Below, piece by piece: positions 11,261 through 24,794 of a DNA stretch of 64,000 bases. This DNA comes from Camelus ferus (taxonomy: Eukaryota). Position numbers and translations under genes: made by a program. Below the pieces are notes generated by a model. The model was not told the DNA's origin. It did not search any database and was given only the letters and a program-made list of their open reading frames with translations. Where the stretch lies: positions 93,374,001-93,438,000 of the forward strand of contig NC_045697.1 in NCBI RefSeq assembly GCF_009834535.1, given 5' to 3'. Within the stretch, counting starts at the first letter, position 1. Every line of letters starts with the position of its first letter.

Positions 11261-14019
11261 TAACACACTTAAGGTTTGTTTACAATTTTAAAAGATTAAA
11301 CATGAAATAGAGAAACTATCACACAAATATATCAAGAGACTGAGGAATAAATGGAAAATGGAAAAAGTGGAAGTTTCACACATTCCCTTCAGAAACTGCT
11401 AGAGATTTTAATGTGTATAAGAATGAGATACACTAATCACATCAATAACTAGTTGTAAGTACACATTTTCTTTCACCATTGACTGTCCTGAATCACCTAT
11501 CGGTTGACTAGTAACATCCAAAAGTAACATTCAAAGACCCAGTTTGTCTAGGTTAAAATATCGTGTTTACTTGTGTCGAACTGTTCTATTAGAGAATAAT
11601 TTCAAAAACATATGTAATCAATATGATGTTCTCAATAATCTATACTAATGACAGGCTATATTATTTAGGTTTACATTTAGTTTTTCAGTAAACATTATTT
11701 GCAAAGATATTCTTAAAGTGTATTATGTCTCAAAGTGCCTTTGTTTTCATTGTAAGAATTTCAGTAGTGATATTTGCAATTTTTTAAAGGTAAACTCTTT
11801 CTAGATTTCTTTTAATCTATAAGTCTGTTTCTTCATAGGTGTTCAAACAGACCTTTTTAAGTTCATATTTTTAAATAATGTGTGACTGTTTACTTTCTAG
11901 TTCAAATTTAAAAATCATTTACCATAACAGCAGCGCAATCTCTTTGTATAGATACTACCTCTGAATCTAAACCTCTCAGCAATTGGCAACTGGAAGCTCG
12001 GGGACGTTTTCTTCCTAATAGTCTAAAAACATGCAATCATGTGAAATCACATACTGATTTTCACTTCTTTTCCTGACTATGATTACATAAAAATAATTTG
12101 CCTTCAAAAGTAGATCTTTGCCTTCTTCCTAAGATTTATTTTTTTCCTCCTTTGTTTAGGAATAGATTCTAATGTCAAGTAAAATACATGGTCTCTAAAG
12201 TAAGGTGTGGTTCTTTGTCAGCCTAAATATTTTTCCCCCAAATTTTCATTTGTTATATGTGATAACTGTTATACTCAATAATAATTTACCTGGAGTATTC
12301 CAAAATCATGTGACCATTTGTACTTCTAAAACAATAGAGCTTTTTCTGTAATGAATTAGATTTACTCCAACAAAATCACTTGATTTTCCTTGTATCATTG
12401 TCAAGTAGCAATCTCTACATAAGTTAATTCTACTGCTGTATATTTTATTATGCTTACTCATTCTTCTAAAAATAAATAATTGCCATAAGATAGTAAAGTA
12501 CATACTAATGTAGAAAATAACAAGTGTGTGTATAGTATATGTGATAGAGTTGTTAAATAAATCCAAATACACTCATGTATATATATGTGTGTGTATATAT
12601 ATACATGTACATATTCAGTATAACTTCCATAAAGCAGAGGGCACTGGCATACACATCTACAAATAGTAGTGACAGTCTGTCCCATATTATAGCTGAACTG
12701 ATCACAAATGAAGAATCTATGAGAATGAAATTTGTAGAATGAGGAAAATATGACCAAATATAGAAAGCACTATTCAACAAATTCTTGCCAATAACTCGAA
12801 TTACCATTTTACTTTCTATTTAATTTTTCTCTTTTCCCACATTTTTTGTTATTTTATTTTTTATCTTAAAAACTCTAAGTTAAGTATAATTTGAAGTATC
12901 AGCAAATATTGATTTCAGGTGAGTGGAAATAAAATTACACTTGTTTTAACTGCTAGGGTTTTACTAGGTTTGAGGAAACCTTTAATTGAAAATAACATCT
13001 GAGAATGATGCACAAAATCCTTTTTAATTTTTCTTTTCATTCCTTTTCTGAAATCTTTGATACAAAAGATTCTGTTGTTACTAATATCTGTTATTCTTCC
13101 ACTAGTTACCTGCTATGTTAAAGTGAAGATAACTGGCAACTGAAGGATTGAAAAGTCAAAGCTCACCTCTGTTAGGTACTTTAATAAATGAATGTTCATT
13201 TCTAATATTTGACTCAGTAAATATGTATGGCTTTTTTTAAAGGAAAATAGTTTAATGTGTTGTTTGTTTTTATTTACATATACTCTCAGGTGCCTACATT
13301 TATTTTTTTACAAAAAAGATAATTACTATTCTAAATAACTTTGGATTTTTCCACAACTTTGAAAGAATACTTTGGTTAAACAAAGCAATCGTAGATAGGC
13401 AAATTGGTTTAACTAGCACCTTGGGTACTTGATGCAATTAATCCCCCCCCCAAAGCATAACTCATGTCATTAGTCTTATTTTCACACTTTATTTTATTTC
13501 TCTCTGCTTTTTCTTCACTTCTGCTAAAATATTCACTTTTATAATATTATGTTTTATCTCCTACATGTCTACATCCAAGATAGGAAATACTGTTCAATGT
13601 CTTCCCAATCCCTGTTCAGCAGCTGCTTTGGATTACCCGGTCCCTGGCAGGGCCCATGTTTTGGGCTAGCCCTGTCTCATGTGCTCTCATGTTTCTTCTC
13701 CCACTTTGACTCCCTCAGTGTGTCAAAGTTGGTTGTTTTGCTCCCAAATACGTCTATGTCAAGAGTAATTGTTTTTGTAGCCAGATAATTTAAGTAACTG
13801 TTATGTAAAAGTGGTGAGTATAAAAGTAAAAAAAAAAAAAGATTTCTCAGTAAGCAAAACATAATTGTTCTGAAATAAGACATAAGCACAAGCTACTAAA
13901 ATATGATAACAAATTGGATTTATGAGTCAGACACCTGTAAGAGATTTTTGGGAGGAGAGAAATGGATTTTCACTAATTGATCTATTTTTAAAAAGCAACA
14001 CTGAAAACCATGTTTTGAA

Positions 14020-16140
14020 AAGAAACAATGCTAACAAATCTATTTGGCAGTACGTTGAAAGGATCATACAAAATGGACAAGTAGGATTTATTTTAGAGAT
14101 GGAAGGATGGTCCAGCATCCCCAAATCAAGCAGTGCGATACACCATATGAACACAATGAAGGATAAAATTCATATGGTTATCTCAGTAGATGCAGAAAAA
14201 GCATTTGACAAAATTCAACATCCATTTTTTGATAAAAGCTCTCAATAAAATGATATAGAGGGAACATACCTCAAAATAATGAAGGCCATATATGACAAGC
14301 ATACAGTTAACATCATACACAATGGTGAAAAAAATGAAAGCTTTTCTTCTAAGATCAGGAACAAGAATGCACACTCCACCATTTTTAATCAGCAGAGTAC
14401 TGGAACTCCTATCCAGAGCAATTAGACAAGAAAATTAATAAAAGGCATCTAAATTGGAAAGAAAGAAGTAAAATTTTCTCTATTTGTAGATGGCATGGTA
14501 TTATGTATAGAAAACCTGTTAAAACTAATTTTAAAATACAGTATATTTGCAGGATATACAGTACAGAAGTCAATTGCATTTCAAAACACTAACAACAAGC
14601 GATTGGGGAGAAATTAAGAAAACAATCTCATTTACAATAGCATAAAGAATAATAAAATACCTCGGAATGAATTTATCTAAGGAGGTGAAAAATGTATATG
14701 CTAAGAACTGTATGGCATTGATGAAAGAAATTGAATACGATACAAATAAATAAAAAGATATTCCATACTGACAGATTGGAAGAATTAATATTGTTAAAAT
14801 ATTAATACTAACCAAAGCAATCTATGGATTTAATGCAATGTCTATCAAGATTCCAATGGTATTTTTAAAAGAAATAGGAGAAACGTTTCTAAATTTGTAT
14901 GGTATCACAAAAGACCCCCCCGAGAGTCAAGTTAATCTTGAGAAAGAAGAAAGTGTATGACTGAAATATTGTGCTGTACACCAGAAATTGACACAATGTT
15001 GTAAACTGACTATACTTCAATAAAAATATATATTAAGAAAAAAAGCTGGAGGTATCCAACTTCTGGTTTCAAGCTATATTACAAATCAAAACAGTATAGT
15101 ATTGGCGTATAGATACACAGATTAATGGAACAGAATAGATAGCCTGGAAATAAGCTCAATTAATTTATGATAAAGATCTCAAGAATATACAATAGAGGAA
15201 GGATAGTCTCTTAAATAAATGATGTTGAGAAAACTGTGAACAGTGACATGCAAAAGAATGAAACTGAACCCTTATCCTACACCACTCACAAAAATGAACT
15301 CAAAATGAATTAAAGACTTGAATGCAAAATCTGAAACCACAAAACTACTAGAATAAATCATTAAGTAAGCATCTTGACATTGGCCTTTGCAATGATTTTT
15401 TTTAGATACGACATCCAAAGGAAAGGCAACAAAAGCAAAACTATACAAATGAATATACGTCAAAACCAAAAGCTTCTGCACAGCAGAAGAAATCATTAAC
15501 AAAATAAAAAGGCAGTCTATGGGATGAGACAAAATATTTGCACATCATATATCTGATAAATGGTTATTTAAATTATGTGAAGAACTTTTACAATTCAATA
15601 AAAAACAAACAAACAAAACAATCTGATTTAAAAATAGGCCGAAGAACTGAATAAACATTTTTCAAAGAAGACATACAAATGGCCAACAAGTACATGAGAA
15701 TGTGCTCAACATCTCTAATTAGCAGGGAAATTGCAAATAAAGACTGTAATGATACCACTTCACACCTGTTACAATGGCTATGCAAACTAAGGAAATCCTG
15801 ACCTTTACTACAACATGGAGGGCATTATGCTAGTCAAATAAGCTAGACAGAGAAAGACAAATATTGTGTGGCATCACTCATAGGTAGAATCAGAAAAAAT
15901 CAAACTCATAGAAACCGTGTAGACAGAATAGTGGTTGCCAGGGAATGGAGGATGGGGTTAAGAAGGAGAGGTAGGTAAAAGGAAATGAACTTCAGCTAAA
16001 AGATTGATAAGGTCTGAGGATCTAATGTAAAACATGGTGACTATAGTTGATAACATTGTATTGTATAATTGAAATTTGCCAATAGCATAGAACTTAAATG
16101 TTTTCATCAACAAAATAAATAAATAAAAATTAAAAAAGAA
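14020..16140 (+). mobile_element. 5'-truncated L1 (L1MA-like): ORF2 RT/C-terminal region plus 3' UTR, frameshifted
   Basis: ORF 13922-14248 contains L1 RT motifs 'RIIQNGQVGFI...HMVISVDAEKAFDKIQHPF'; downstream ORF2 continues; 3' UTR 'gaggatctaatgtaaaacatggtgactatagttgataac' and an A-rich end near 16110-16140. Confidence 0.95.
14954..15034 (+). mobile_element. Short young L1 3' tail nested in the older L1
   Basis: 'tgtatgactgaaatattgtgctgtacaccagaaattgacaca...tatacttcaataaaaa' interrupts ORF2 between 'atcttgagaaagaaga' and 'aaagctggagg'; imperfect TSD aagaagaaag / aagaaaaaaag. Confidence 0.85.
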
Positions 16141-16713
16141 CGAATGATAAATAAATCCATACACAAAGACCTAAGACCTCCTATCATACAATTGGCAAGG
16201 ATATATTCATTTATATATGTCAAATTAAAAGAAATTCTTTAGAATATGGGTATGTAATTTGTTTTTGAAAGACTATTTTTGGTAGAATGCTTGAAGAAAA
16301 GGAGCTTCTTTTTTCATGTGACTCTTTTATTCATGCTAAAGCAATCTCTTTGCGCCTGCCACACTGATATTTTGAAAATACTTGTTTCTGGTCATTTTCA
16401 GGTTTCAAAACATAGTCTTAGTTCCAGGTTTTTAGTTTATAGTCCATTTTAATATCAAAAATATTCCCGTATCCAATTCAAAGCTATGCTGCATTTCAAA
16501 TTCAGTTCTGCCTCAGCCTGAGCAAACAGCAGTGGAGCATCAGGGTAGGAGTTCTACTATTTTCCAGTTTGCTCTTAAATCTTCACCAATCTCTGTATTC
16601 TCTTTGGCTCTTACAGGGTAGAAATAAGGGAGGAAGGAATAAGACTTGTTTAACTTGTTTTCACTGGGTTATAGTGTCCTTTATATGGTGGGCTGTCTAC
16701 GTTTTAGCTCTTT

Positions 16714-16733
16714 TGTGTGTGTGTGTGTGTGTG
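16714..16733. repeat. (TG)10 microsatellite
   Basis: Direct reading. Confidence 0.95.
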
Positions 16734-17340
16734 GCACAGATACTTGTCAATTGTTAAGGAACTTCGCCACTGGGAAACCTCAACTGTAGTTCAATGTTTC
16801 AAGCAGTGTGTCTTGAGTTGGCTACTTACAGTTTAGTCTCATCTCCTGATGTTCAGGCAGACAGAACATGTAAGATTTATTTTGTTGAGATCACCTGGTT
16901 ATTTCAAACACTTCTTTTAGATGTGATTCTTTCAAGACATATGAAGTCCAGCAACAATCTCAGATGTCTTCATCCAACCAAGCCAAATCTTGGATATACA
17001 AGCATTCTAAGTCAGACCCAGTCTGCTCACCTAAGTCGTTCCAGCCAAACTCTCACCTGTAAAGTTTTAAAGGCATGAGTCAGATATCAGTTCTTCAGTT
17101 CCCCCAGAGGTATGTCACATTCCTTGAGTGATTCATTACAGCCCTTTTTATTTGGCAGTCAGTGAGTCAAGGGCATCCCCATCATTAATTCTCTTTAGTA
17201 ATACTCTCCAAAAATCCCTTTGAAAATGTAAATTCTGAAAATAGGTGATGAACCAAGAGATCACAATAGAATTTTCACAATCTCTTAGTATATATTACTT
17301 TGATAATACAGCACTTACTACTTTGGGCTTTGAGGACCCT

Positions 17341-17622
17341 GTTTGTTCTTCCTTTTCTAATTATTTTAGGTGTAGGTTAAGTTATTTGAGATTTGAGACT
17401 TCCTTTGCTGTGCAAAACCCTTTAAGTTTGGTTAGGTCCCTTTTGTTTATTTTTGCTTTTATTTCCTTTCCCTTAGGAGATAGATTCAAAAACATACTGC
17501 CACGATTTCTGTCAAAGAGAGTTCTGCCTATGTTTTCTTCTAAGAGTTTGATAGCTTCCAGTGTTATGGTTAGATGTTTAGGTCTTTAATCCATTTTGAG
17601 TTTATTTTGTGTATGGTATGAG
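17341..17622 (-). mobile_element. L1 ORF2 fragments (two pieces)
   Basis: 17400-17622 'tcctttgctgtgcaaaac...ggtctttaatccattttgagtttattttgtgtatggt' is antisense late ORF2; 17341-17398 resembles antisense earlier ORF2. Confidence 0.85.
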
Positions 17623-17745
17623 ACTGATGTTGTAAGGATTCTTACCTTCTTCTGGTTTTTGCCAGAGGAACCAGAATCTCTCAGCTGTAGCCGCCTGGGA
17701 ACAAGCAGTGTCTAGCCAGTGGAGAGCCACATGTTTGTGCCAAAC

Positions 17746-18227
17746 TGTAGGGGCAGAAAAATTGTTCCTTCTTTCCTTCTAAGTTCTTTAGCTTGTCTAA
17801 TAATTAATTTGACATAAGGGATATTAACAAAATAAAATTTAATTTTATACATATTGGATTCCCATTAAAATATGAGACTCAAATAAGTGACAAAAGCAGG
17901 GAAGTTGTATACCTTTTGGACAAAGAAACAGACTTGTAAAGAATTGACAAGACAAAGAGATTTGGGGTTAGTGAAGTTATGAAAAAGTAACAAGATTTGT
18001 TTATATGACCTTCTCAGCTCTGAATTCCCTGTCTCTGATACTAAGGATGCCTTCTTCCCTCTTAGTACAGGAAAAGTACTTTTCCCGTAGAATACTTATC
18101 CCCTGCTTTCATGGAGACAAAGGAGTGGCAGAGTGTCCTTTCATCATCTGTTTCTCAAATACCTTTAATTCAAAATAATCAATATTTCAAAGTGATATAT
18201 TTTAGGGTTACATATGCTGAACCCACA
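17746..18227 (-). mobile_element. ERV1 LTR, MER34/MER39-like
   Basis: Starts TGTAGGGG; ends 'ttcaaaataatcaatatttcaaagtgatatattttagggttacatatgctgaacccaca', the reverse complement of a MER34-group 5' end; no clear TSD. Confidence 0.75.
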
Positions 18228-18379
18228 TATCTGAAATTCAGATACAGCCTTTGAACTAAACAATATATATATGACAGTCAAATTTATTATCTACATGTGA
18301 ATCAGTTCTTCACCTATTTATAGATTTTGCTTTGTGTCCTGTATGTGAGCTCTTTCAAGAGTTTTGGGTAAATGTTCAA

Positions 18380-18660
18380 TGAATATAAATTTATACGAAT
18401 GATTAAATTCTAGATATATGTTATACAGTGTAGTGCCTATAGTTAACAGTGTGCACTGAAAAGTTTGTTGAAAGGGTGGATTTTATGTTAGGTATTCACA
18501 CACAAAAAGCAAAAGGAGACTTTTGGAGGGATGGATGTTCATTACCTTAAGATTAGGAATAGTATCACAAGCATTTGCATGTCTGCAAACTCATAAAATT
18601 GTAAACATTAAATATGTGCAGTGCTTGTATTAACAGTTATACTTCAGTAAAACTGCAAAA
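18380..18660 (+). mobile_element. L1MB-type 3' end
   Basis: 'ttctagatatatgttatacagtgtagtgcctatagttaac...acttttggagggatggatg...caaactcataaaattgtaaacattaaatatgtgcag...tatacttcagtaaaactg'. Confidence 0.75.
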
Positions 18661-18919
18661 ATGACTCAAATGTGCAGGTTATAAACAAGAGTCAAAGTGT
18701 CATATCTAAGTGTAATAAATAGGGCAACTGGTATGAAGAAATCCTTTAACTTCAGTAAATCACTATACCATGTACAGCATGAAGATAAACTTTTTAATTT
18801 AATGTTTCAATATACTCCTTCTAACTTAACAAGTTTTGATGCCCCAGAATAAGATATATTTGGAGTCTTCCAGAAATAAAGAGTACAGAAAAGATGACAC
18901 AACCGAACAAATAAAACAT

Positions 18920-19130
18920 GAAAGAACACACAGTTTTTGCCCTCAAAATAGAAGAAACACAATGATACAAATAAAAATATCTTTAAATGATATGGGAAAT
19001 TTGTGAATCAGAAAAACACATTAGGAGAGAGTAAGTGTGTAAGGGATTATATTTTAATTAGATTATGGTTGGATTAATTACATTAAGTCTCTGAGTCTTA
19101 TTTGAGCTGAGGAACTAAAGATGAGTGGTG
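18920..19130 (-). mobile_element. L2 LINE fragment
   Basis: 'cagtttttgccctcaa' and 'atttgagctgaggaactaaagatgag' are antisense L2-like motifs. Confidence 0.4.
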
Positions 19131-20514
19131 AAGAATGTGCCTCTGTATTGACTACAGGTGGGATAGAAGTCTGTACAAAAGAGTTCATTGAGGAATAGAG
19201 TAGTAAATAAATGGCTTCATAATGAGAATTTATATTGATCCAATTCTGGGAAAAATATGCAGAATTTGGATAGAGAAAGGGCAGGAGGGAGGGCTTCTCA
19301 CATTCGATCAATAATTGTCAGAAGCATCAGTCTGCCATAGGTATTCTTAAGTAAAAGTATTTGTTCTGCTTTCAGTTTCATTTATCAAGTAATTTTCTAC
19401 TCACCTAATGTTAAATTCTGCCAACAAACCGATCTCCCTCAAGTTTGTCACACTCACTTTTGATTCTCTCTGAACCCATTAAGATAACATCTCACACCGT
19501 GAGTTTAAAAATCCGACACAACTTCACTGTGACCAGGCAAGACTTGAGGCCAGTCAGGCAAATACACCTCCCCTCGTTTTTATGGGTTTGAAATATCTTT
19601 TGTCTAGAAAGATGTATTGTTACACAAAAGATCTATTTGGCAATTTATGGTTTGCTTTTTATCTATTCAATTGTTCCCTGGTATTCTTAGAATAGAAAAG
19701 GGAACCTTTTAAGAATAATAACATGCCAATTACCTTTAATTACTCTCTACCTCTTTCAGTAAAAAAAAAAAAAACTCTCATTTTAGATTTAGTTTGTGTC
19801 TGAATAGAACTTTTCATATTTGAAACCCTTAATGGAAAGGCTTTCCTATTTTCCACAATGTTCTTTTCTGTTTAATGTATTCTCTAAATATAACACATTA
19901 TTTAAAGTGCCATCCATCTACGTGATAAACTTAAAAAGATGGAGAAGCACACAAGTAAAGCATATTATCTATTTATATTTTATTCTAGCAATGTTTCCAT
20001 TTTCACAACCAAATAAATGTTGACTGTAAAACATATTTTTAACTTTATTTTATATAATGCTTTTTATGGAAATTGGAATAAAGCAGTGATGTAAGCAAGG
20101 TAGAGAATAAAATTATATATATTGCCTGATTTAAACTCTTGTATCCTTGAATAAAAAAGTGTAACAAATAGAAAAAAAAAGAGTGTTCTCAAATTTGGAG
20201 GACTAGAAAGTAAGAGGAAATGAAGGATGAAATAGAAAATAACTGGGAATTTTACCTTTTTTTCAGAAATTTTGGAAATATTGAATGTTAACCCATAACT
20301 TTTACATTATACATTTCATTTACCCCTGGATATATAGTAAATATTTATAAAATCAATAAGGTAAATTTGGGTTTAGGATAGTATACAGCTTTAAATGTAA
20401 AATATATGTTACTTGAACAATGAAGAAAATGGGCAGCATTTTCCTTACAGTGAAGTATTCTTCTCACAAATTATTTTTTTCATTAAAGAAAGAATAAAAA
20501 TTCTGAAAGCTTAC

Positions 20515-20880
20515 TGTCTTAGCTTAAGCTGCCGTAAGACACGTAGACTGGGTGGCTTAAACAACAGAAATTTATTTCTCACAGTTCTGTGTGCTAGGGG
20601 GGTCCAAGGTCAAGGGGCCTGCAGGTTTGCCTCCTAGTAAGACTTCACTTCCTGTTTTGCCGAAAGCCTTTTTCTTTTTCTTTCTTTCTTTTTTTTTTTT
20701 TTTTTTTTTTTTGTATTCTCACGTGTGGAGAGAGATCTCCCCTCTTGTCTCTTTTAATAAGGCACTAATCTTATTCTAAAGGTTCGACCATCATGGATTG
20801 ATTACCTCCTACATGCTTCACCTCATCTGGAAATTGGAACTTCAATATATGAATTTTGGGGAGACACTAAATCCAGTCCA
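20515..20880 (-). mobile_element. MLT1A-like MaLR solo LTR
   Basis: 'agactgggtggcttaaacaacagaaatttatttctcacagttctg...tccaaggtcaagg...cttcaatatatgaattttggggagacac'; 5-bp TSD CTTAC (20510-20514) / CTTAT (20881-20885). Confidence 0.9.
20669..20712. repeat. T-rich tract ending in T24 inside MLT1A
   Basis: Direct reading. Confidence 0.9.
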
Positions 20881-22309
20881 CTTATGTATGTAGCAAGATG
20901 TCGTCTAAATCCCAGAAGTAGCATTTTCTAATATCATATTTTTAAAAAGTTCTTAGAGTAAAATGCCATTTACATCTCATCTTGTGAATGATCTTGCTTC
21001 ATTAATAGAATGGTCTTATGCTTCATAGTTTGGTCTTAAGAAGAACAGTTTTACAAATATTCCTAGTTTTACTACTCACATGGAAATTCAGCCTGTGTCT
21101 CTTGTTTCTGATTGTGTGACTATTTAAAGCCATTAAGAATGCTTCAGTATTTTAGTATACAAAATGAATTGATGGGTTATGCAGATGGTAAATACTCCTT
21201 TAAAACAGAATATATTTCCTAGAAGAAGTAGGACTCAGATGTCATATTTATTGTGAAAAATTAAGAAATGGCTAAGGTTACTGTTGTCAACATTTAAATG
21301 AGTTTTGAAGCAGCAATATATTATGTAAGAAACTAGAGAAGGAACTCTAGTCAGAAAAAAATAGACAAAATTTGACATGGAGTGATTTCTAGAAATTTTT
21401 TCATATTGTTCTAATTTAAAATTTTCTGAAGATTATGGTAAAAAATATGAAATCCATAAAATTATGTTTTCACCTTTGTAATACATATATACCAAAACAC
21501 CATTAAGATAGAAGGTCTACTTTGATCTGTTTAAACATGATTTTTAATAAAATAAAGTTTTTCAGTTTGTATACTTTGAAAATAAATCAAAGTAAACCAT
21601 TAGTCAAATTCAGTTGATATGAAATTAAAAATAATAATATGTGGTATTCAGATACTTCATACAAGTAGCAGTAATTTGATCTCTTAGGAAGTTAAATTTA
21701 TTTAACCAAAAGACCATAGTTAACATACTGTATGATGAAATTAAGAATGAAATTTTAACCCAGTAATCAAGCAAAAGATTGCAATTTTGTATTATTTGTT
21801 ATTTTCCTGAAAGTTTCAAATTATACTATTAACTCCTCTTTCATTCAAGTCTACAATACTACTTCAGTTATAAAACAAAAACAAATATCTGATGATTATA
21901 AATACTTTGAAACAGTTTTTGTGTCTATAAAAATAAAAGTTTGAACAACTGCATTTTTTTAAACTGTTGGAATAGCTATCAATGTAATTTCTCTAGATGT
22001 GCATAGTACAGTATTTCACATTCTGTCATTGTGTGAAGATCAAAAAAAGGCTATTGTTTAGGGGAACATTGAATATTTGGGTGTCCAAAGAAGCAAGTGA
22101 ATTTCTATTGAAACTTGGAATAAGAAATAAATGCTAAAAAGCACTTACAATATAGAAATTTTTAACAAAAAATTAATCTATGTTACTATACGAAAGGGAG
22201 ATACTTCAACCACGATTTTGGAATCATGCCAGGAGAATGGACGGACCTACAGGTAGTGCACTACAGCTACATTCTGACAAGCTAAGGGGAAACCTAAAGA
22301 TTGAATTGA

Positions 22310-22990
22310 TGGCAAACAGTATGGAGACTCCTCAAAAGACTGAAAATAGACTTACCATATGACCCATCAATCCCACTCCTGGGCATATATCTAGAGGGAA
22401 CCTTAATTCAAAAAGACACCTGCACCCCAATATTCATAGGAGCACTATTTACAATAGCCAGAGACATGGAAACAACCTAAATGGCCATCAACAGGTGACT
22501 GCATAAAGAAGTTGTGGTATATTTATATAATGGAATACTACTTAGCTACAAAAAATGATAAAATAATGTCATTTGCAGCAACATAGATGGCCCTGGAGAA
22601 TGTCATTCTAAGAGAAGTAAGCCAGAAAGAGAAAGAAAAATGCCATATGATATCACTCATATGTGGAATTAAAAAAAAAAAAGACAAATGAACTTATATG
22701 TAAAACAGAAACAGACTCACAGACATAGAATACAGGACTTGTGGTTGCCGGGGGGAAGGAGATGGGAAGAGATAAACTAGGAGTTTGAGATTTGTAGATA
22801 CTGACTGGTATATATAAAATAGATATAACACAGGGGAACATATTCAATATCTTGTAGTAGCTTATGGTGAAAAAGAATATGAAAATGAATATATGTATAT
22901 TCATGTATGACTGAAGCATTGTGCTGTACAACAGAAATCGACACAACATTGTAAACTAACTATAACTCAACAAAAAAATGAAATTAAAAA
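22310..22990 (+). mobile_element. Young 5'-truncated L1 (ORF2 C-terminus plus 3' UTR)
   Basis: ORF2 end 'aaacagtatggag...ttaccatatgacccatcaatcccactcctgggcatatat', 3' UTR and A-tail; 14-bp TSD AAAGATTGAATTGA (22296-22309) / AAAGATTAAATTGA (22991-23004). Confidence 0.95.
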
Positions 22991-23444
22991 AAAGATTAAA
23001 TTGAGGTTGGGAAAGGAATCCTGGAATTCCAGAATTCTGTATACATTGTGCAATCTAGAAAAGTTTCTGTTAAGAGGTTTGAAGCAAAAATATTCCAAGA
23101 GCTATATTTAGGTAAAGAAGATAAGCAGAAGAGGTTTCAGATGAAATAAATGAATTTTGCATAATTTAAGCACCCAGAAATCTTAGTATAAATGTGTTAT
23201 TTGATATTTTGAATGGCTTTTCCAAATAATTACTAATATGAACACTTGTCAAAAGATAGTGACTTATTTTTCAGATAGTCTGAGGTTTTAAGTTGTAGGG
23301 TTAAGATAGTAATGATGGAAAATGGAATATATCACCCAGGAATGTGCATGAAACCAATTATTTGAGAGGAGCATAAAAATTATTTAATAACCATGAAAAT
23401 CAATAAATCCTTTAATGGTAGAAGCATATAAACAAACAAAAAGG

Positions 23445-23762
23445 TGTTAGTATCTGTGTTTCGCATTGTTGCATAACAAATTATCAAAGCCAGTAGCTTG
23501 AAAAAACTTATTTATTTCAGCTTCCGTAGATTAATAGCCTGAGCATGCTCAGCTGGGCCCTGTACTTAAAATTCTACAACCAAGAGGTTGTCCAGGGCTA
23601 AGGCCTCATCTGACCCTTGGGGTCTTCTTCTGAGTTTAATTATGTAATTGATATATCCTCATATTCACAGGTTTCTTCAAATTTAAGGAGAGAGTCTTAC
23701 ACAGAATGATAATACCAGGAAGTGAGATTCTTGGAGACCATCTTATAATTCTACCTACCATA
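23445..23762 (-). mobile_element. MLT1D/E-like MaLR LTR
   Basis: 'ttgttgcataacaaattatc...gtagcttgaaaaaac' and 'ataccaggaagtgagattcttggagaccatcttataattctacctaccata'. Confidence 0.7.
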
Positions 23763-24235
23763 GTCAGGAACTGTAAAACATCTGAGATTTTACCCTGATT
23801 GTTAACTAACTGCTAACCTGCCACACTTTTATGATGCTGGGAGAAGACATAAGATCCCTAAGTCAGAGACAAACTAGAGATAGCTTGTGTTTTATGATTG
23901 CATTGGTTGCCCTTCACTCCCAAAACTATTCAGGGTTATGTGGAATGTTTCAGGTAGATGCTGTACACACTGTGGGTTTGTGCCACGGCTGTGGAATTTA
24001 TAGAAAGGCTTCTAGTACTCCTATCTAAACTTTGGTCTCTAGGAAGACATTATCTTCACTATCCTGGTCAGGAAACAAATCTCCCCTTTGTCCTAATATA
24101 AGATACTATCTCTGTCTTCCAAGGCTATTTGCTATGCAATCATCCTTGAAAAGACTGGAACTAAAGTTGTCAATGCCCCTTATTCTGAAGACATGGCAGA
24201 AATTCAAGAGATGCACAGAGAATTCTTTCTCAACA
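23763..24235 (-). mobile_element. Old LTR, probably ERVL-class
   Basis: 'tctgagattttaccctg...aacctgccacacttttatgatgctgggagaagacataagatccctaagtcagagacaaa' ending 'tctcaaca'; family recalled only tentatively. Confidence 0.6.
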
Positions 24236-24754
24236 GCAAGCTGCTTACCCGTGTACTAAGAGGATATCTAAGTTTCCCCAAAATTAATTTTAGGTTAAAA
24301 ATCATAACAATATGATTTCCTTCCATTTTTTTTTTCAAAAAATAAGGTTTGTTTTCAGTTCTTTTTCACATTTTTTTCCTAAGAGAAAGAAACATGCTCT
24401 ATGAAAAACAACATAATAGCCACAATTTTATTTTTATTTACTATTTACTTTATGCTAATTGTAGTTTGAAAAGATTATACTTATGACTAATTATTACACC
24501 TACGAAGTAATGATGCTAGTATACAAATCAAGGTTTGCTGAATTACAAAATTAATGTCCTTTTTTGTTGGTTTCTTTAAATATTTGACACAAAGAAAACA
24601 GAGAAGATAAATTAAAAAAATAAATAGCCACCTCAGACACACCTTAATAAATTTAATCGTTTTGGAGGGAAAATGAGTAAATTTTAAAGGCTTAAAAATA
24701 AAATCATAATGAATTTCTAGCAGTTCCTTTTTGCTTTTAAATACATCTTTTTCT

Positions 24755-24794
24755 GTCTACAGTCATACCACCCTGAACGCACCCGATGTCGTCT
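24755..24794 (+). pseudogene. 5S rRNA retropseudogene, nt 1-40 only, no poly(A) tail
   Basis: gtctacagtcataccaccctgaacgcacccgatgtcgtct vs mammalian 5S GTCTACGGCCATACCACCCTGAACGCGCCCGATCTCGTCT (36/40); 16-bp TSD AAATACATCTTTTTCT (24739-24754) / AAATATATCTTTTTCT (24795-24810). Confidence 0.95.

Noticed and set aside
13922..14248. 108-aa ORF with reverse-transcriptase motifs
   Set aside because: Part of a 5'-truncated, frameshifted L1 ORF2; not a functional or novel RT system.
24755..24794. Functional 5S rRNA gene
   Set aside because: Only 40 of ~120 nt are present; it lacks the internal promoter and is flanked by a TSD.
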